Shown here piece after piece: positions 9,132 through 16,886 of a stretch of DNA of 18,416 nt (positions are counted from its first letter, which is position 1; each line of letters opens with the position of its first letter). A program made the position numbers and the translations under genes. Under the pieces are notes generated by a model. That model made no database searches. It was not told the DNA's origin and worked only from the letters and a program-made list of their open reading frames with translations. The DNA comes from Wallemia ichthyophaga EXF-994 (Eukaryota; Fungi; Basidiomycota): assembly GCF_000400465.1 (NCBI RefSeq), contig NW_008806307.1, forward strand, positions 1 through 18,416, given 5' to 3'.

Positions 9132-11462
9132 CTAATATGCGTCCTATAAGCGCATTGGTTAGTATCTTAATCATCTCTCAGACACCAAACTCACATCGTC
9201 GATATCAGCCTTAGTGGCTTTTTGCTGTGCCGACGCTTGATTTCTATACATATCAGCAACCTGATCTGATGTCGTCGCATCCTCCGCTCCCTTATCGTCT
9301 CTGACTCTGATAAAGCGCGGGAATCTCAAACTGATACCTCTTTCAGAAATCTCACCTGACGCTGCGGTATAAACAGGAGATAGAGATAGATCAGCAGTCA
9401 AAACCTCCCATACAGCCTGGGGCTCAAAGAAAACATCAGGTTTCGCAGTGCCCAATTTATAGTATGATTTAGGCACTGTAATTTCGAGCGGATTGAGGAG
9501 CTTGTAGTGTTGCTCTAGCATCTCTTCACTGAACCCAGTACCGATTTTACATATACTCTGATATGATTCGCTGTCCTCATCGTAGCAAGCGAGGAGATAA
9601 GCACCATAAACATTCGTACGTTTGCCTTTTCCGTGGTAACCACCAATGACGACTAAATCAAGCGAGTCTCCAGCACCTGCTAGATAGTCCTTCTTCAATT
9701 TCAGCCAATTCATCGAACGTTTCGAAGGGGTGTACCAAGCACTTTCACCAAGGTTCAGCTTCACCATCAGTCCCTCGCAGCTGTCTCGCACACTCTCTTC
9801 CAGAAACACACCAATCTCTTCTGTCGACTGCGCTTCCATTGACTTGGCCATAGCGAACTCATCCTCGACCTGGACAAAGTTTTCACTCAAAAGTTTGCGT
9901 CTGTATGTGAGATCTTCATGCAGCAGCGGCTTGTCGTTGAAATAGAGCAGATCGAAAGCAAAGATATGCACCTTGACTGTAATGTCTTCCACCTTTACAT
10001 CTTTGCGCTTACGACGCGTCAGTTCTTGGAAAGGTAATATATTCTTTGTCTGTTTGTCGAAAGCGACAGCCTCACTGTCGATGACAAAATTCTTGACACC
10101 GGGCTTAATAGCGCGTGGAAGTTGCTCGACGAGGTCTGGGTATTTGTTTGACATATCTTCGGAATTACGAGAGAACACCTTCACCTTTCCGTCGTGGTAG
10201 TGTATCTGGGCACGCTCACCATCGTATTTGTATTCGCATGTGAAACTCTTCCCTTCGAATCTATCAAGCACTTCTGAAACTGCTTTAGTAGGCTTGGCCA
10301 GCATAGGTTTGAGTGGTATACCTGGATTGCTTTGTTAGCAGGAGTGATTGATAGCTACCCGTGCTCCCTCACCTGGTGTAAGATGACATCTTTCTTGTAG
10401 ATCATTGATACCGCCATCTAGCAAAGCAGGTACTATCATATCATATGAAGGGAGCTCCGAGTACACCTGCTTCACCACCTCTACACCCTTCTCTAAGTCC
10501 TCCTTCGTAGCTTTCTCATCGCGCGATAACACAATCGCATGAGCCAAACTAACCACCACAGTTCTCTCAGCCAACCCGATACGCAGTTTACCTTCTAGCA
10601 GTCTAATTAGAAACTTTGCTTCGTTCGTGCTGGAGTCACAATTCGTAAGCATTTTCATTATGATACCTATCTTCTTAGTTTGCGATTGATTTCCAGAAGC
10701 CGTTGCAATCTCTTTGAGATTCTTGAACACACTTGGTACATTCAAACCCTTAGCTTTGAACATTGTTGGTTGGTTTTTTCTGGCCAGTTGCGCAACTGTG
10801 CCGAGATCACCAGCCTTCTTGAAGTCCTCTTTGACCTTGGCGGTGGTGCGTCCCGTTGATTCAACTATGGCCTTGATAAGCAAACCCTCCCCAATACCCA
10901 ACTCCAACCCCTCGTAATCTGGACAAAGGCGGTTGAGCGAGAGGTATACCGTCATCAGCAGCTCTGCTGGCTTAGTTAAAATGACGTGTTTGTAGAATTG
11001 CGTCAAGTGGTCCGCAATCTCTAAGCGTTTCGATGTCGATTCGATGTTTGTGAATGTGTCTGCTAGCTGAGCAAATGTGATGGTGTCGTTGAAATTGTTC
11101 GTCTTGGAAGACGCGTTTGATTTGCTACTTGCGGTCGCTGCCACTTCCTCCCTCACTAACCTCTTATCTTCCTTATCCTGCGAAATCTGCTGCTTGGGGA
11201 GGAACATTGGGTGGATTTTCTTCTCCTTCACCTTTTCATCCTTCTCAGCCTTCACAGGAGAGTTCTTCTTGACGCGCTTTACTGTGTTTTCCTTCGCCGA
11301 GCTCTGCTCAGCCTCTGAGGAGGAAGGTGATTCGATTACGCGTTTGTTGCTGAGCATAGTTGTACTGCTATGCTAAAAGTACGTTAGAAAGTCCAATAGA
11401 ATAAACGCCACCCCCACAAATTTAGATATAAGATTTGGCAGTCTCAGTCTCCTCACTATCAT
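9132..11462 (-). CDS. CDC9: ATP-dependent DNA ligase I; about 707 aa from ATG 11357, about 727 aa with predicted upstream presequence exon
   Basis: Active-site EYKYDGER, EGLMVK, WLKLKKDY, LRFPRF. Exons 11462-11418 (predicted), 11372-10373, 10321-9195 and 9143-9132 (DAY*); introns of 45, 51 and 51 nt, each with a CTAAC branch site. Confidence 0.95.
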
Positions 11463-11583
11463 GCACAAAGGTGTTATCTAACATAACTTATAATTAAAAA
11501 TTATATCCAAATAAAGAGAAGCATATCATTTTATTGCGATTGATTAGAGTGGTGATGTTTTTATACTGGAAGTGCTAATGTCC

Positions 11584-13506
11584 TTAGAAGCCCATTCCTG
11601 TTTTAATTGTTAGCAAACAAGACAGCTAATTGAAGCACTCAGTACTCACCTCCCATTCCACCGCCCATGCCGCCCATGCCTGGCATAGGTGGTGCACCAG
11701 CCTTTTCTTCTGGTGCGTCGACGACGGCAGTCTCAGAAGTGAAGAGGAGAGATGCGACACCTGAAGCGTCGATCAATGCCTGCTTAGTAACCTTGACCGG
11801 ATCAAGGATACCCTTTTCGAACATGTTGCAGAATTCATCCTTGCTGGCGTCATAACCCATGTTGAAGTCGTGTGGGTGCTTCTCGAGGACTTGTCCAACA
11901 ATCAATGCACCCTCACCACCGGCGTTTTCGACGATAGTGCGCATTGGACGAGTGAGTGCGTTCTTGACCATCGAAATACCCAATCCTTGGTCGAAGTTGG
12001 CGGCATCTGAGCCCAGCGCGTCACTAGCTCTAAGCAAACCGATACCTCCACCTGGGATGACACCTTCAGCAACAGCAGCGCGAGTTGCGTTGAGTGCATC
12101 GTCGTATCTGTCCTTCTTTTCGCTGACTTCGACTTCTGAAGCGCCACCGACACGGATGACAGCGACACCACCGCTCAACTTGGCAAGACGCTCTTGTAAC
12201 TTGGATCTGTCGTAGTCAGAGGTGCTTGCATCGTTGATGAGAGCTCTAATTTGCTCGCAGCGGTTGGCGACGATTTCACCTTGACCGTCACCGTTGAGGA
12301 CAAGGGTGTCTTCCTTAGTGATGGAGGTGCTACCACATGAACCGAGCATGTCTACGGTGGCCTTCTCGAGCTTGACGTCAAGTTCTTCGGTGAACACGGT
12401 ACCGCCGGTGAGAATGGCAAGATCTCCGAGGATGCTCTTTCTGTTGTCACCGAAACCTGGGGCCTTGATTGCGCAAACTTGAAGCTGACCACGGAGCTTG
12501 TTGAGAATACAAGCAGCAAGAGCTTCACCGTCAATGTCCTCAGCGATGATGATGAGTGGGCGACGAGCAGTGGCAGAAATCTCAAGAGCTGGCATAATGT
12601 CTGGGAGAGCAGAAATCTTCTTTTCGGAAAGAAGGAACAAAGGCTTTTCGAATTCAGCCTTCTGAGACTTAACGTCGGTGATGAAATATGGGGAGATGAA
12701 ACCGCGGTCGAACCTCATGCCTGTGTGGGTTATGTTAGTGAAAGAAGTGTTATAAACAGCTCAAGTCCCACCCTCAGTAATCTCAACTTCATCGTCGATG
12801 GTCTTTCCTTCCTTGACGGTGATGACACCCTCTTTGCCGACCTTTGCCATTGCGTTTGCAATGAGCTGACCAACGTGAACATCACCGTTAGCAGATATAG
12901 TTGCAACTTGAGCAATTTCCTCTGAAGTGGTTACGACTTTCTTGTTAGCCTCGAGAACTTTGATGACTTCTTCAACGGCTTTTTGTACACCACGACGGAG
13001 ATCCATTGGGTTACAGCCAGCAGCGACATTCTTGACACCCTCAGCGTAAATGGCCTTTGCGAGCACAGTGGCGGTGGTTGTACCATCACCTGCAATTTCG
13101 TTTGTCTTGGAAGCAACGTCCTGGACAAGACGAGCACCGAGATTTTCAAACTTGTCTTGGAGGGTGATAGACTTGGCAACGGTGACACCATCTTTTGTAA
13201 TCTTTGGGCCACCAAAGGCTTGTTCGATGATTACGTTGCGTCCTTTTAATTTTATTAGCCAATTTCAGCGAGAACGGCGAATTCAACAGACCCTTTGGAC
13301 CGAGAGTAGATGATACAGCCTTTGTAAGCAAATCAATACCACTGAGCATAGATGCACGTGCATCAACGCCGAATTTGATGTCCTGGTGGCTACGTGAGAG
13401 ATGAGTGAAGATGGCGACGGAGACGCACCTTGTGAGCGCCTCTGGCTAAGACAGAGGGAACTCTTTGGATATTCTTGTGAGCTGCGCGTACTGTTCTTGG
13501 GAGCAT
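11584..13506 (-). CDS. HSP60: Mitochondrial chaperonin Hsp60, about 574 aa
   Basis: Exons 13506-13429, 13382-13292, 13242-12772, 12720-11650 and 11597-11584 give 1725 nt in frame. Arg-rich presequence [11 protein letters not shown]..; [32 protein letters not shown]-repeat tail ending GMGF*. Confidence 0.97.
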
Positions 13507-13568
13507 GATGATGATGGTAGTGGAAAGAGATGGGATTACCCTCTTGAATACACACAACCTTCTAGAAA
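13507..13568. promoter_or_regulatory. 62-bp divergent interval HSP60/ATG3 with heat-shock-element-like site
   Basis: CAAccTTCtaGAA at 13555-13567 is one mismatch from the GAAnnTTCnnGAA HSF consensus. Confidence 0.55.
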
Positions 13569-14820
13569 ATGACGGGAATACAAGGCACGATTCAAGTGAG
13601 TTTGGTGGCTGGGTTGTGGCTTTGCTGACACATAAAGACTCAATTTTGGGCTGTTAGAGATTACCTCGCTCCGGTTAGTATATCGCCTAGCGCTCCTCAG
13701 CCGCTGACTCGAGCAGGTGCTTAGGGAATCAAAATTCAAAGAGCACGGCAGAATTACTCCAGGTGCGTCTCTGCCAGCTGAGCTACTTCCCACTCACACT
13801 CACACCAGATGAATTCGTTGCCGCTGGCGAGTTTCTAACATACAAATTTCCGACGTGGACGTGGTGCAGTGGTGATGAATCGAAGCACAGAGACTATCTG
13901 CCTGCCGATAAGCAATATCTCATCACCAGAAATGTCCCTTCACTTCGCAGAGCCAGGGATATGGCCTTCACAGACAGTCTAGGCGACCCTGATAATGAAG
14001 CTTTCCTGAAATTCGTAAATGATGAGCTTACAGTTGGTGGTGAAGAAGGTGAGGATGACTGGGTTCAGACTCACGCTGGAAACCAATCAAAGGGCGATGT
14101 TCCAGATATCATGCCATCCATTTCGCCCACAAACTCACCCACTATACAACCCTCATCTCCTCAAAAATCTAAAGACAGCCAAGACATTGAGAATATTCAA
14201 GATATCCCTGATATGGAAGACGACGACGATTTTGGTGTGATTGATGAGCCAGATGATCCTGCAGTGGTTGATACGGGCAGCAGTGGCGTGCTCAAGGTGC
14301 GAACGTACGATTGTATTATTACATACGATAAGTACTACCAGACACCGCGTTTGTGGTTACAAGGCTACGATGAGGTGGGTGGTGCTTTTTCATCCAAGAC
14401 AAGGCTAAAACAGAGTAGCACCAAAAGCCTCTCTCATACAACCAAATACTCGAAGACGTTCCATCTGACCACGCCAACAAAACAGTCACCTCAGAACCAT
14501 TCCCCCACTCAGCATCAAACACACCAATGCTTTCTGTTCACCCATGCAAGCACGCGTCAGTGATGAAGAAAATGATAGAAAGGCTGGATACAAAGGCTAA
14601 AGCGGATTCACCGAATACGTCAACTGCCACATCCAAGAAGAAGGGTTGGCTGAGTAGTGTTGTCGGTGGATCGAAAAAGCAACCACAGTCGCAGCAGCTG
14701 CAACAACAGCCCGAGACGGATAGTGAAGATGGATTGCGCGTTGATCAGTATCTCGTAATGTTTTTAAAGTTTATGGCGGGGATACTAACAGTGGAGATAG
14801 ACGCGACGACGTCTTTCTAG
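13569..14820 (+). CDS. ATG3: Autophagy E2-like enzyme Atg3, about 358 aa
   Basis: Exons 13569-13595, 13638-13673, 13717-13762, 13809-14374 and 14419-14820 (introns of 42, 43, 46 and 44 nt) give 1077 nt. Motifs: [44 protein letters not shown], catalytic SVHPCKHA, RVDQYL..FLKF. Confidence 0.95.
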
Positions 14821-14941
14821 GTGAGTAGATTTATCAGTAAATCACAGCTGTTAAATTTAAAATATACCCAACGAGATTTGTATTTTGAATACTTAATTGA
14901 ATTTAACGAATAAACCTTTTTACTTCAAAACGTCATCAGCA

Positions 14942-16291
14942 ATGGACCCATCGATGCCAATTATTGTGCGTTGAACGTGATGGAAATTCCCCACTCATAG
15001 CCATCCTCAGATCGACAACGGTACCGGTTTCGTAAAGACTGGTTACGCAGGCTCTAATTTCCCGGAGCACGTATTCCCCTCAATCATCGGTAGACCAATC
15101 CTCAGAGCAGAGGAGAGAGTCGGCAGCGCTGAGATAAAGGATCTCATGATTGGCGATGAGGCCGAGAAGTACAGAACTTTCCTGCAGGTCACTTCACCTC
15201 TTGAACACGGTGTCATCAAGAACTGGCCTGATATGAAGAATCTCTGGGATTATACCATTTTCGATAAGATGCGTATCGATCCTAGCGGTAGAAAGGTTCT
15301 CCTCACTGAACCTCCAATGAATCCACTCGCCAATAGAGAGAAGATGTGCGAGGTCATGTTTGAAGAATACGGCTTCGATTATGTCTACATTGCTATCCAG
15401 GCTGTTCTCACTCTCTATGCGCAAGGTTTGTTGCTATCTTCAATACAACCATGTCATCTCACCCCGCTCAGGTCTTCAAACTGGCGTCGTCGTCGACTCC
15501 GGTGACGGTGTTACCCACGTTGTCCCCGTCTACGAAGGTTTTGCTCTCCCTCATCTCACTAAGCGTCTCGATGTCGCTGGTCGCGATGTCACCAGATACC
15601 TCATCAAGCTTCTTCTCATGCGTGGATACGCCTTCAACAGAACTGCTGACTTTGAGACAGTTAGAGAGATCAAGGAGAAGCTTTGCTTTACTAGGTGAGC
15701 TATTGGCTCGTTAAGCACCCCAATTAACATGGTATAGTTATGATCTTGAGTCAGACAAGAAGCTCGCCGAGGATACAACCACCCTCGTCGAATCTTACAC
15801 TCTCCCAGATGGCCGTGTTATTAAGGTAGCCAGTGAGCGTTTTGAGGCTCCAGAGTGCATGTTCCAACCGCACCTCGTCGATGTCGAGCAGCCTGGTATC
15901 GCTGAATTACTCTTTAACACCATCCAATCCGCTGCAGTTGACACGAGATCTGAACTCTACAAGCACATTGTTCTTTCCGGTGGTAGCAGTATGTATCCAG
16001 GTCTTCCGTCACGTCTCGAGAAGGAAGTCAAGCAGCTTTACCTCCAAAACGTCGCTGGTGGTAACCCGGATCGCTTAGGCGTAAGTTACTCTCTTCCAGC
16101 TTATAACCCTGCTTACCACTCCCCAACAGAACCTCAAAATTCGTATCGAAGATCCACCACGGAGAAAGCACATGGTTTTCGTTGGTGCTGCTGTTCTTGG
16201 TCAGATCATGGCTCAGCGCACAAACGATTTCTGGGTCTCCAGACAAGAGTGGATGGAAGAGGGTCCTAGAGCGTTGCAAAAGCTTCATTAA
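14942..16291 (+). CDS. ARP2: Actin-related protein 2 (Arp2/3 complex), about 388 aa
   Basis: Exons 14942-14965, 15011-15425, 15472-15694, 15738-16080 and 16130-16291 give 1167 nt. Motifs: [71 protein letters not shown]. Confidence 0.97.
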
Positions 16292-16482
16292 TGCTTCAAA
16301 TATACAATACATGATTCAAACAAGCCGACGCAATGACAATGGATTGTAAAGTTAAAATCTTATACCAATTTTAAGTTCTGTATTGACCTTGCAGGCAGTA
16401 TTAGCCATTCTCAGATGAAAAAATTGAGTTCATAAATCACATTGCTTTTGGCTTCTTTGGGTTTATTGATATGATTGTTCTA

Positions 16483-16511
16483 CATAGGTTAGTTTGCATA
16501 GGTTAGGTTAG
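16483..16511 (+). repeat. Degenerate telomere-like TTAGG units
   Basis: CATAGGTTAG TTTG CATAGGTTAG GTTAG. Confidence 0.7.
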
Positions 16512-16873
16512 CAAGCATTTAATTATTGTCGATACAATTTGTCTTATTTCTAAAATACTTTTTAAAAAAAAAAAGATGAAAAATTTGTGGTAATCCAAAT
16601 GATCGCTTAGAACTCAAAATACGCTGTCCTTGCGCGTATAAGGCCCAATGATAACAGTCTTGTAAGCATTTCATAATGCGGCGTTATCTTTCGCCATTTC
16701 TGAAACACTTCATTCGAAGAATCCGTTACGAAACCCCCCGCAGTGAGAAGAAGCGGAACAAAGGAAGTATCAGTGAGGTCCCCGTACTTGTTGACCTTTT
16801 CACGCTCATAAAACGACAGCTCCATCTTGTACCGACCCAATGGGCCAAGATTCTTGAGGTGGGTCGCTGCCTC
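16512..16873 (-). mobile_element. 5'-truncated RLE-type (CRE-like) non-LTR retrotransposon fragment, family B
   Basis: Frame open from 16873 to TAA 16607: EAATHLKNLGPLGRYKMELSFYEREKVNKYGDLTDTSFVPLLLTAGG..; aligns by eye to the C-terminus of the larger element (KVDKY..FVPLVFSAGG..FKAWR). Flanked by AGGTTAGGTTAG on both sides. Confidence 0.85.
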
Positions 16874-16886
16874 AGGTTAGGTTAGG
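16874..16886 (+). repeat. Short perfect TTAGG tract between the two retroelements
   Basis: AGGTTAGGTTAGG; the first 12 nt are identical to 16500-16511. Confidence 0.8.

Noticed and set aside
11667-13793. Multiple short ORFs overlapping HSP60
   Set aside because: Antisense or alternate-frame products of biased codon usage, or exon fragments running into introns.
16564-16575. A-run as the poly(A) tail of the truncated element
   Set aside because: It is poly(T) on the element's sense strand and lies about 50 nt inside the 3' junction.
16676-16885. Plus-strand 69-aa ORF, and a 26-aa plus-strand ORF starting at 16928
   Set aside because: Antisense to retroelement sequence with no recognisable features.
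16483-16886. CRISPR-like or LTR interpretation of the direct repeats
   Set aside because: Only two 12-bp simple-sequence copies in a eukaryote, and the protein motifs are non-LTR RT-RLE.
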